Position numbers and translations under genes: made by a program
Source: an uncultured Muribaculaceae bacterium
GTDB lineage: Bacteria; Pseudomonadota; Alphaproteobacteria; Rs-D84
Reading direction: 5' to 3'
Assembly (NCBI GenBank): GCA_964619545.1
Contig: CAZUED010000001.1
Location: 1-47,897, forward strand
DNA: 47,897 nucleotides
The notes under the pieces: model-generated
Databases searched by the model: none
The model's input: only the letters and a program-made list of their open reading frames with translations
What the model was told of the DNA's origin: nothing
Shown: one piece after another, positions 28,457-36,117 of the stretch
Position numbering within the stretch: position 1 is the first letter of the stretch
Layout: every line of letters starts with the position of its first letter

Positions 28457-29633
28457 ACAAACAAGAATTTCACGGGCAGAAAACATCAGCTTTAATGAAA
28501 AGCTGCGTGGATTCAGCTGGCCATTATTTGGACTGATGTGTCTTGTTCTGCTTTTATCTGTGATTTCTCTCTATTCTGCGGGAAGGCCAGTTTGTGCAAC
28601 GGATGCAACAACCTGTAATGGTTTTGGTGGATGGCGACCTTATGCTTTTTCCCAGATGGCGAAAATTGTGTTAGGGTTTGTTTTGTTTTTTATAGCGGCT
28701 TTTGCAAATATAAAAACTTGGCTTAAAAATTCTTATTTAATTTATTTTGTCGCGCTGGTATTGGTTGTTTTGGTTACATTCATAGGACACACAGGAATGG
28801 GCGCACAAAGATGGTTGAATTTGGGATTTTTTCATATTCAGCCATCCGAACTTATCAAGATTGCATTAGTTATGGCATTGGCCCGGTATTTTGCATGGCA
28901 GAATTCTGTTGAACTTTCCAAGTTCCGAAATTATTTAATTCCAATCGCAATGTTGATTATTCCTTTTGCGTTGATAGTTGTACAACCTGATTTGGGCACA
29001 GCTGTTTCTTTGGCATTAATTACTATCGGTTTTTTCTGGATTGTTGGTGCGCACAAAAAATGGTTTTTGATTGCTGGGGTTTTGGCAATGCTGGCTGCAC
29101 CAGTCGTTTGGTTTGGCGGACTGCATGATTACCAGCGCGAGCGCGTAATTACATTTATAAATCCAGATCATGATCCCAGTGGTGCTGGCTATCAAATTAA
29201 TCAGTCTAAAATTGCATTTGGGTCTGGCGGAATTTTTGGCAAGGGTTATCTGGCCGGAACACAATCACATCTTTCTTTCTTGCCTGAAAAGCAAACTGAT
29301 TTTATATTTGCAATGTTTGGGGAAGAGCTTGGATTTATTGGCAGTTTTGCGCTTATTTTAATTTATTCTTCGATAATTGGGGTTCTGTTTTGGTTTGCGA
29401 AAACATCCAGAAATAGATTCGGACAGCTATTGTGTTTTGGATTTATGTTGAACTTTTTTGTTTATTACTTTATAAATGTTGCCATGGTTTTAGGATTGAT
29501 GCCAACGGTTGGTGTGCCACTGCCACTGATGTCTTTTGGCGGAAGTTCGCTTTTATCGCTGATGTTCGGATTTGGATTGGCCCAAAACGCGCATATAAAT
29601 AAAGACCAGCAATTGTCTGCAAAAGGAATCTAG
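28449..29633 (+). CDS. rodA: Peptidoglycan glycosyltransferase RodA (SEDS family)
   Basis: 394 aa, about 10 TMs. QPSELIKIALVM, PEKQTDFIFAMFGEELGFIG, GVPLPLMSFGGSS. Confidence 0.93.
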   Translation: MVRQTRISRAENISFNEKLRGFSWPLFGLMCLVLLLSVISLYSAGRPVCATDATTCNGFGGWRPYAFSQMAKIVLGFVLFFIAAFANIKTWLKNSYLIYFVALVLVVLVTFIGHTGMGAQRWLNLGFFHIQPSELIKIALVMALARYFAWQNSVELSKFRNYLIPIAMLIIPFALIVVQPDLGTAVSLALITIGFFWIVGAHKKWFLIAGVLAMLAAPVVWFGGLHDYQRERVITFINPDHDPSGAGYQINQSKIAFGSGGIFGKGYLAGTQSHLSFLPEKQTDFIFAMFGEELGFIGSFALILIYSSIIGVLFWFAKTSRNRFGQLLCFGFMLNFFVYYFINVAMVLGLMPTVGVPLPLMSFGGSSLLSLMFGFGLAQNAHINKDQQLSAKGI

Positions 29634-31910
29634 ATGAATCTTTTAATCGTTGAATCTCCGGCAAAAGCAAAAACTATTGAAAAATACCTTGGGTCGCCTT
29701 GGCATGTTATTGCCTCGGTTGGGCATGTTCGTGATTTAGTTCCCGAAGATGGATCTGTTGATACCGATAAAGATTTTGCGATGAAGTGGCAAATTATGCC
29801 GGGCAAAGAAAAACAAATTAAATTGATTTTGGAACAAGTTAAAAAGGCTGACGCTGTCTATCTGGCAAGTGACCCTGATCGCGAAGGCGAAGCTATTGCT
29901 TGGCATATTTTGGACATTTTAAAATCTCGTGGAGCTTTGAAGAAAAAGCCTGTTTATCGTGTAGTATTTCATGAAATAACCAAGAAAGTAGTCAATGAAG
30001 CAATCGCAAATCCTCGTGAAATTGACCAAAATTTGGTAGATGCTTATTTAGTTCGCCGCGCGCTGGATTATTTAATTGGATTCAAGTTATCGCCAGTTTT
30101 GTGGCGCAAAAACATTGGAAAATCTGCTGGTCGTGTGCAATCCGTTGCTGTTGCTTTGGTTATTGACCGCGAAGCCGAGATAGAAGCGTTTAAGTCTGTT
30201 GAGTATTGGTCGCTGGACGCAAAATGCGAGAAAGAAAAAAGCAAAAGTTTTATTGCTCATTTGACTGAATTTGCTGGCGATAAAATTGAAAAAATGACAA
30301 TCGAAAATTCTGCCAGAATTGAAAAAATAACTGCAGCATTTTCTGTACCGGGAACTGGCATAGTTTCCAATCTGGAAAAAAAGAAATCATCTCGTAAGCC
30401 TGCTGCACCATTTACAACCAGCACTTTACAACAGGAAGCGTCCAGAAAATTGCGCTTTTCATCAAAACGCACAATGGCGGCTGCACAGAAACTTTACGAG
30501 GCCGGATTGATTACTTATATGCGAACTGACGCAACGAATCTGTCTGCCGAAGCAGTTGATGCTATGCGTGAGTATATTAAAAAATCTTATGGCTCAGAAT
30601 TTTTACCCAGCAAACCAAATGTTTATATTACTAAATCTAAAAATGCCCAAGAAGCACACGAAGCAATTCGTCCAACAGATGCAACGCTTACATCCAGCAA
30701 CATTCATGGTGATGAAGACAAGTTATATGAATTGATTTGGAAGCGCACAATTTCATGCCAAATGGCAAATGCTGAATTTGATTCTGTTGTTGTTGATGTT
30801 GATGTGAATACAAAATCTGGAAATGCAACTTTCCATGCGGTCGGTACAACTCGCACTTTTGATGGATTTTTGAAAGTTTATGTCGAAGGCAAAGATGATT
30901 CTGATGACGATGATAACGAATCAAAATTGCCGTCTCTTGCTTTGGGCGATAAAATCAACATTGTCCAGTTGCTGCCAGAACAACATTTTACAACTCCTCC
31001 ACCAAGATATACCGAAGCAACCTTGGTAAAAAAACTGGAAGAGTTGGGAATAGGTCGTCCATCAACTTACGCTGGAATTATGTCGACGATTGTTGATCGC
31101 GAATATGTAAAGTTGGACAAGCAGCGGTTTTTCCCAACTGATGGAGGCTGGTTGGTTGCAAAGTTCTTGGGACGTTATTTTGGAAATGTAATCAATGTTG
31201 ATTTCACTGCAAAAACCGAAGATACTTTGGACGAAGTTTCGCGCGGTGAAAACAATCGCAGCAACGCATTGTCATTATTCTGGAAACATTTTTTGCCGGC
31301 TGTTACCGCGGCCAAGGATGTTCCTATACCAGAAATTATGGCCGAACTGACAAAATCTATGCATGCTCATTTATTTCCAGATGGCAAAGCAAAATGCCCA
31401 GAATGCGGCGCTGATATGGAATTAAAGGTATCTAAATATGGTGCATTTTTGGGATGCTCGCGCTATCCCGAATGCAAATACACAAAACGTTTAAGCACTA
31501 CAGAATCTGCAGATAATAATACAGATAATGAAAAAGTCTCTGCGCCAGTTTCCAAGGAAGGAATTGAGCTGGGTGATGGAATAACATTCAAGGTTGGTCG
31601 CTTTGGGCCTTATGTAACGGATGGCAAAAAAAATGCATCTGCTAAAAAATATAGCGTGGACACGATCACTTTGGAAAATGCAAAAGAGTTATTAGATGGC
31701 GCTGGTAAAAAGGCCGAAGGTTTAGAATTGGGTATAAATACAAAAACTGGCAAACCAATTTTATACTTTGCAACTGGACGTTATGGGGCATATATTTCAA
31801 GTAATAAAGTAAATGTCAGTGTCAAAGAAGAACCTGATTTAGAAACGGCTGCGGATTTAATAAACAATAAAAAGCCAAGTGCAAAAAAAACATGGGGCAA
31901 AAAAAAATAA
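29634..31910 (+). CDS. topA: DNA topoisomerase I
   Basis: 758 aa. TOPRIM LIVESPAKAKTIEKYLG, DPDREGEAIAWH, catalytic Tyr region GLITYMRTD, one C4 zinc finger CPECG...CSRYPEC, Lys-rich tail. Confidence 0.96.
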   Translation: MNLLIVESPAKAKTIEKYLGSPWHVIASVGHVRDLVPEDGSVDTDKDFAMKWQIMPGKEKQIKLILEQVKKADAVYLASDPDREGEAIAWHILDILKSRGALKKKPVYRVVFHEITKKVVNEAIANPREIDQNLVDAYLVRRALDYLIGFKLSPVLWRKNIGKSAGRVQSVAVALVIDREAEIEAFKSVEYWSLDAKCEKEKSKSFIAHLTEFAGDKIEKMTIENSARIEKITAAFSVPGTGIVSNLEKKKSSRKPAAPFTTSTLQQEASRKLRFSSKRTMAAAQKLYEAGLITYMRTDATNLSAEAVDAMREYIKKSYGSEFLPSKPNVYITKSKNAQEAHEAIRPTDATLTSSNIHGDEDKLYELIWKRTISCQMANAEFDSVVVDVDVNTKSGNATFHAVGTTRTFDGFLKVYVEGKDDSDDDDNESKLPSLALGDKINIVQLLPEQHFTTPPPRYTEATLVKKLEELGIGRPSTYAGIMSTIVDREYVKLDKQRFFPTDGGWLVAKFLGRYFGNVINVDFTAKTEDTLDEVSRGENNRSNALSLFWKHFLPAVTAAKDVPIPEIMAELTKSMHAHLFPDGKAKCPECGADMELKVSKYGAFLGCSRYPECKYTKRLSTTESADNNTDNEKVSAPVSKEGIELGDGITFKVGRFGPYVTDGKKNASAKKYSVDTITLENAKELLDGAGKKAEGLELGINTKTGKPILYFATGRYGAYISSNKVNVSVKEEPDLETAADLINNKKPSAKKTWGKKK

Positions 31911-33530
31911 TTGGCCAACTATAACAATAATTTTAACGATGAACTGCGGCAGCGATTGTCAATCGTTGATGTAATTGGACGCCGCGTTCCGCTGGTTAAA
32001 AAAGGTCAAAATTATTGGGGATGTTGCCCATTTCATAATGAAAAAACTCCTTCATTTTCTGTGAATGAGCAGAAAGGTTTTTATCATTGCTTTGGTTGTG
32101 GTGAACATGGGGATATAATCTCGTTCACTATGAAATCGCAAAATATGGGATATGTTGATGCAATAAAAGAGCTGGCACAGCAAGCTGGATTAAAGCTGCC
32201 GGACTATAAACCCAAATCAGCCGAGCAACAAGCGCACGAGCAAACTTATTTTGACATTTGTGAAAATGCAGCAAAGTTATATCTACAAAAATTATATGAC
32301 GAATCTGGACGGGCCGCACTGGAATATATCCGCGGACGTGGCTTTACCGATGAAATTATAAAAAAATATCGTTTGGGATATGCGCCAAAAAATAATTCTT
32401 TGTCAGCAAAATTTGCAGATCAAAAAGAATCTAATTTAATTGCCACAGGATTGGTCAGACGTGGAGATTATGGTTTATATGATTTTTTCCGCGACAGGTT
32501 GATGTTTCCTATCTTTAATGTTCGTGGACAAGTTGTTGCGTTCAGTGGTCGTTCTATGGATGGGTCCGAACCTAAATATATCAACACATCAGATACAGAA
32601 TTATTTCATAAAAGACAAACTATCTTTGGACTCAATTTTGCGCGTGACGCAATTTACAAGGCCAATCGCAGTATAGTGGTCGAGGGTCAAATTGATGCAA
32701 TCCAAATGCAAACTCATGGCTTTTCTGAAACGGTTGCGCCACTTGGTACTGCGCTTACTGAAGAGCATTTACAGGTTTTGTGCAAATCAAACAGAAATAT
32801 AATTTTTTGTTTTGACGGGGATAATGCAGGACAAAAGGCTGCAGCGCGCGCGGCTGGTTTAATTATGCCATTTTTGCGCGATAATTCTGATGTTCGTTTT
32901 GCCTTTGTTTCGGGCGGCAAAGACCCTGATGAAATCCTTAAAAAATCAGATGGTATAATAGAGATGAAAAAGATTATAGATTATTCATTGCCACTTGTTG
33001 ATTTTTTATGGGACACAGCAAATAAAAACTTTTTGATTTCAACACCTGGTGGTAGGACTCGTGCGGAAAAATTTCTTGCCGCTGAAATACAAAAAATTAC
33101 AGATTTATCGTTGCGCAGCGAATTCCGTCAAGAATACGATCAAAGAAAATTTAATTTGTGGCACAAGTGGAAATCGGACAACAAGAAAAGTAAAACAGAA
33201 ATAGAAATTCCAAAGGTTGATGATTTGGTTATACGGGCTTTATCTGAAATTGCATCGACTTATCCAGATTTGGTTGAAAAACATTGTGAGTTTTTATTGA
33301 AACTTGGTGTGCAAATTGATGATACTAAAAACGCTGTATGTGCATTGAATAAAGAAGATGCGGAAAAATTCATAGTTTCTGTAAAGTTAAAAAATTATAT
33401 CAATAACTTACAATTGGACCGCGCGGCTGCAATGAAAGAAATGACCGCAGAATCCATGGCGCGTGCCAAGGCAATTAATTCTGAAATTGAATCTGTAACT
33501 GAAAAATTAAACAAACTCGCCGAGGTTTAG
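31911..33530 (+). CDS. dnaG: DNA primase
   Basis: 539 aa. TTG start immediately after the topA stop. Zinc finger CCPFHNEKTPSF...CFGCGEHGD, RNA polymerase core, TOPRIM VVEGQIDAIQM...FDGDNAGQKAA. Confidence 0.93.
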   Translation: MANYNNNFNDELRQRLSIVDVIGRRVPLVKKGQNYWGCCPFHNEKTPSFSVNEQKGFYHCFGCGEHGDIISFTMKSQNMGYVDAIKELAQQAGLKLPDYKPKSAEQQAHEQTYFDICENAAKLYLQKLYDESGRAALEYIRGRGFTDEIIKKYRLGYAPKNNSLSAKFADQKESNLIATGLVRRGDYGLYDFFRDRLMFPIFNVRGQVVAFSGRSMDGSEPKYINTSDTELFHKRQTIFGLNFARDAIYKANRSIVVEGQIDAIQMQTHGFSETVAPLGTALTEEHLQVLCKSNRNIIFCFDGDNAGQKAAARAAGLIMPFLRDNSDVRFAFVSGGKDPDEILKKSDGIIEMKKIIDYSLPLVDFLWDTANKNFLISTPGGRTRAEKFLAAEIQKITDLSLRSEFRQEYDQRKFNLWHKWKSDNKKSKTEIEIPKVDDLVIRALSEIASTYPDLVEKHCEFLLKLGVQIDDTKNAVCALNKEDAEKFIVSVKLKNYINNLQLDRAAAMKEMTAESMARAKAINSEIESVTEKLNKLAEV

Positions 33531-34606
33531 TTATTAAACAAAAAGTGGCAGATGTCGCCCTGTTGCATTACATAGTCGCGACCTACCAGTCTCATTTTTC
33601 CAGCCTCTTTTGCCGCAACTTCACCGCCAAATTTTAACCAATCCTCTGGCGCAATTATTTCTGCGCGGATAAAGCCTTTCTCGAAATCCGTGTGAATTTT
33701 ACCTGCTGCCTGTGGCGCGGTCATACCAACATTTATTGTCCAAGCATGTGCTTCTTTCGGTCCAACCGTATAAAAAGTTTGTAGACCCAAAGTTTCATAT
33801 CCTGTTTTTATAACTTGATCCAATCCAGATTCTTTTAATCCAAAATCATCCAAAAACATTTTTCTTTCTGTGATGTCTGCAATCTGGGCAATTTCCATTT
33901 CTATTTTTGATGAAATTACCAAAACTTTGGATTCTTTGCTGTATTTGTTTTTTACAGAATCTGAAAATTTATTTCCATTTGCAGCGGCCACTTCGTCTAC
34001 ATTACAAACATAAATTACTGGTTTTGCGGTCAATAATTGAAATTCTGGAATCCAATACTCACTGCGGCGCGCAGGAATTCCAGCCTCTAAATCTTTTTTG
34101 ATTTTTTCCGCAGCATCTAATTGCTTTATCGCTTCTTTATCCAGACCGCGGGCTTTCTTTGTTAAATTTGCAATTTGCTTTTCCAGACTTTCCAGATCAG
34201 CCAACATCAGCTCGGTTTCAATAGTTGCAATGTCGTCCAATGGGTCAATTTTTCCATTCACATGGACTATATCATCGTTTTCAAAACAACGAACAACGTG
34301 GATTATCGCATCAACCGCCTGAATGTGTCCCAAAAATTTATTCCCCAGCCCTTCACCACTGCTGGCACCTTTGACAAGTCCAGCTATATCAACTACTTCA
34401 AGTTGTGTAGGTATTATTTTTTGAGACTTTGCCGATTCTGCCAATTTTTCCAACATTTCATCTGGCACAATAACTTTGCCAGTATTAGGTTCAATCGTGC
34501 AAAAAGGGTAATTTTGCGCCGCAGCGGCCTGGGTCGCAGTCAACGCATTAAAAAGCGTGGATTTTCCCACGTTCGGCAGCCCAATAATTCCACAATTGAA
34601 TCCCAT
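33527..34606 (-). CDS. ychF: Ribosome-binding ATPase YchF
   Basis: I prefer the ATG at 34606 (MGFNCGIIGLPNVGKSTLFNALT). C-terminal TGS-like domain ...HTDFEKGFIRAEI.... Its stop overlaps the dnaG stop by 4 nt (convergent). Confidence 0.94.
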   Translation of the reverse strand: MGFNCGIIGLPNVGKSTLFNALTATQAAAAQNYPFCTIEPNTGKVIVPDEMLEKLAESAKSQKIIPTQLEVVDIAGLVKGASSGEGLGNKFLGHIQAVDAIIHVVRCFENDDIVHVNGKIDPLDDIATIETELMLADLESLEKQIANLTKKARGLDKEAIKQLDAAEKIKKDLEAGIPARRSEYWIPEFQLLTAKPVIYVCNVDEVAAANGNKFSDSVKNKYSKESKVLVISSKIEMEIAQIADITERKMFLDDFGLKESGLDQVIKTGYETLGLQTFYTVGPKEAHAWTINVGMTAPQAAGKIHTDFEKGFIRAEIIAPEDWLKFGGEVAAKEAGKMRLVGRDYVMQQGDICHFLFNN

Positions 34607-34633
34607 CTTAAAATCCTTTATAGTGCAGATAAT

Positions 34634-35311
34634 ATGAACTACTTGTGGCAAGAATTCAACATAAAAACCTTTCCCGCAGAAACTATTGTTTTTCGTGACG
34701 GGATTTATCAACCCGAATTATCAACTTTGCCAAATAGCCTTAAAATTGAAAAAAAATATGATTTGCCAGTTCATATTATTTATATTGGCGATATTTTTGG
34801 TAAAAAAGATATAACTTTTGAGATTTCTGCCGAAAATCAACCGGTTTTCCTTAGTGTTAAAATTACAAATAAAAAACCGGCCTTTTTGGACATTTTTATC
34901 AAAAACACCGGTAAAAATTCTGATTTTACTGGTAAGTTTTTATTTCAGAATTTTTCTGAGTTGGAAATTAACGAAAAAGCCGGTTATTTCGCAGAAAACA
35001 CAGGTATTTTTCTTGAAAATCGTATTATTGCCCATCCTAAAACAAAAACTAAACTTTGTGGAATAGCCACAATTTCAAAAGAAAGTCCTTTATGTAAATC
35101 TGATTTGAGTTTTGCAGCCTTGGCTGCTTCAGATGCACAAGTAGAATTTAAACCAGAACAATGTATTACTATCACCCCAAAGGTCGCCAGCCACTCTGCT
35201 TTTATTTGGAAGGGTACTGATCAACAAATCCAATACTTACGCTCCGCGGGTCTTTCTGGTGATGAAATTAAAAAAGTTTTAGAGGAAGCCTTTACAAATG
35301 GTTTTGTATAG
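34634..35311 (+). CDS. SufD-like (SufB/SufD beta-helix family) protein, short and divergent
   Basis: In-frame ATG at 34634 inside ORF 34175..35311; the upstream part is antisense to ychF. The C-terminus ...VEFKPEQCITITPKVASHSAFIWKGTDQQIQYLRSAGLSGDEIKKVLEEAF resembles the SufD/SufB C-terminal signature (PxLxI...xxxHxAxxGxxdxxqlFYLxSRGisxxeAxxll). Confidence 0.55.
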   Translation: MNYLWQEFNIKTFPAETIVFRDGIYQPELSTLPNSLKIEKKYDLPVHIIYIGDIFGKKDITFEISAENQPVFLSVKITNKKPAFLDIFIKNTGKNSDFTGKFLFQNFSELEINEKAGYFAENTGIFLENRIIAHPKTKTKLCGIATISKESPLCKSDLSFAALAASDAQVEFKPEQCITITPKVASHSAFIWKGTDQQIQYLRSAGLSGDEIKKVLEEAFTNGFV

Positions 35312-35350
35312 TCTATAATCTGCCAGCAAAAAACTATAAAGGTGATAGTA

Positions 35351-35482
35351 ATGAAATTTTTAAGCTCCTTAAAAGGATGGAAAAAACGCGGCAATATAAA
35401 ACAAATTCGCCGTGGTAAACAGATTATATTGATTGATCCTGATAAACCAAAATTTAAAGCTAAACAAGGCTTTAAAAGATAA
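35351..35482 (+). CDS. rpmJ: 50S ribosomal protein L36
   Basis: 43-aa ORF below the ORF-track cutoff. MKFLSSLKGWKKRGNIKQIRRGKQIILIDPDKPKFKAKQGFKR matches the non-zinc L36 form (MKVxSSLKSxKxR...RRGKxxVIxKxNPRFKARQG). RBS AAAGGTGA. Confidence 0.88.
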   Translation: MKFLSSLKGWKKRGNIKQIRRGKQIILIDPDKPKFKAKQGFKR

Positions 35483-35507
35483 AAATATAATTTATTCATA
35501 TTTTAAT

Positions 35508-35535
35508 AATTCCTGTTTTTACAGGAATTTTTTTT
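35508..35535 (+). terminator. Rho-independent terminator after rpmJ
   Basis: AATTCCTG-TTTTTA-CAGGAATT (35508-35529) followed by T6. Confidence 0.8.
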
Positions 35536-35600
35536 AACATTTACATTTCAAACAAAAATATAATTTATATTTATTATTTCTTTTGTTAGTCATGTTTATA

Positions 35601-35795
35601 TTGTTGAAAATAATTTTTGTTTATTTATAAACAGTTTTTCAACAAAAAAATGTTAGATTTTAAGGTAAAAATTTAATTTTGTTGAAAATGTAGAAAAATA
35701 ATAAACTTATAAAAAATATGGTATTTTTAAGTAATTTTAACAAAATATAAATAAATTATTTTATGCTTGTTGAAAAGTATAAAATTTTGTTAAAA
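35601..35795. repeat. Repeated TTGTTGAAAA motif in the AT-rich region upstream of virB3
   Basis: Exact copies at 35601-35610, 35679-35688 and 35767-35776. An inverted copy (TTTTCAACAA) at 35636-35645. A degenerate copy TTGTTAAAA at 35787-35795. Copies 1 and 2 form a 45-bp imperfect palindrome. Confidence 0.7.
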
Positions 35796-35812
35796 TCAAG
35801 ATAGAGAGTAGA

Positions 35813-36112
35813 ATGAAACAGCAAGTCTTAAAATCCTTGGCTAATCCGGCGCGCATATTTTATGTGCCGTATAACCTTGCAATACTTAATTTTGTAGTTC
35901 AATTTATTGTTTTTATGGTTATTTTTATAATTGGAATAACAACTTCGCCCAGTTATGAAATGCCTATAGATCCATTATATTTTTTACTATCGGTTGTAAT
36001 TGTTCATTTTATTCTAGCATTCTATTCAAAAAAAGAACCGCAATTAATGCAAATTATTTTAGCAAAATTAAGGTTGTTTGGAAAATTTATTCCAAAAATT
36101 CTAAGAGTGTAA
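35813..36112 (+). CDS. virB3: Type IV secretion system protein VirB3
   Basis: 99 aa. N-terminal LKSLANPARIFYVPYNLAILNF followed by two TM segments. Immediately upstream of virB4. Confidence 0.8.
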   Translation: MKQQVLKSLANPARIFYVPYNLAILNFVVQFIVFMVIFIIGITTSPSYEMPIDPLYFLLSVVIVHFILAFYSKKEPQLMQIILAKLRLFGKFIPKILRV

Positions 36113-36117
36113 AAAAA

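Noticed and set aside
34175-34633. Upstream 153 codons of ORF 34175..35311
   Set aside because: They are entirely antisense to the well-conserved ychF coding region. The SufD-like similarity begins only after the ATG at 34634.
35727-35741. CtrA-box-like TTAAGTAATTTTAAC
   Set aside because: The spacing is TTAA-N6-TTAAC rather than the canonical N7, and such strings are expected by chance in about 85% AT sequence.
35536-35812. AT-rich repeat region as a replication origin (mnmG/gidA and recF are in the window)
   Set aside because: There are no DnaA-box-like 9-mers (TTATCCACA variants) in it. The only near-box I saw (CTATCCACA, 3218-3226) is a single site inside argS. The location upstream of virB3 fits a promoter/operator region better.
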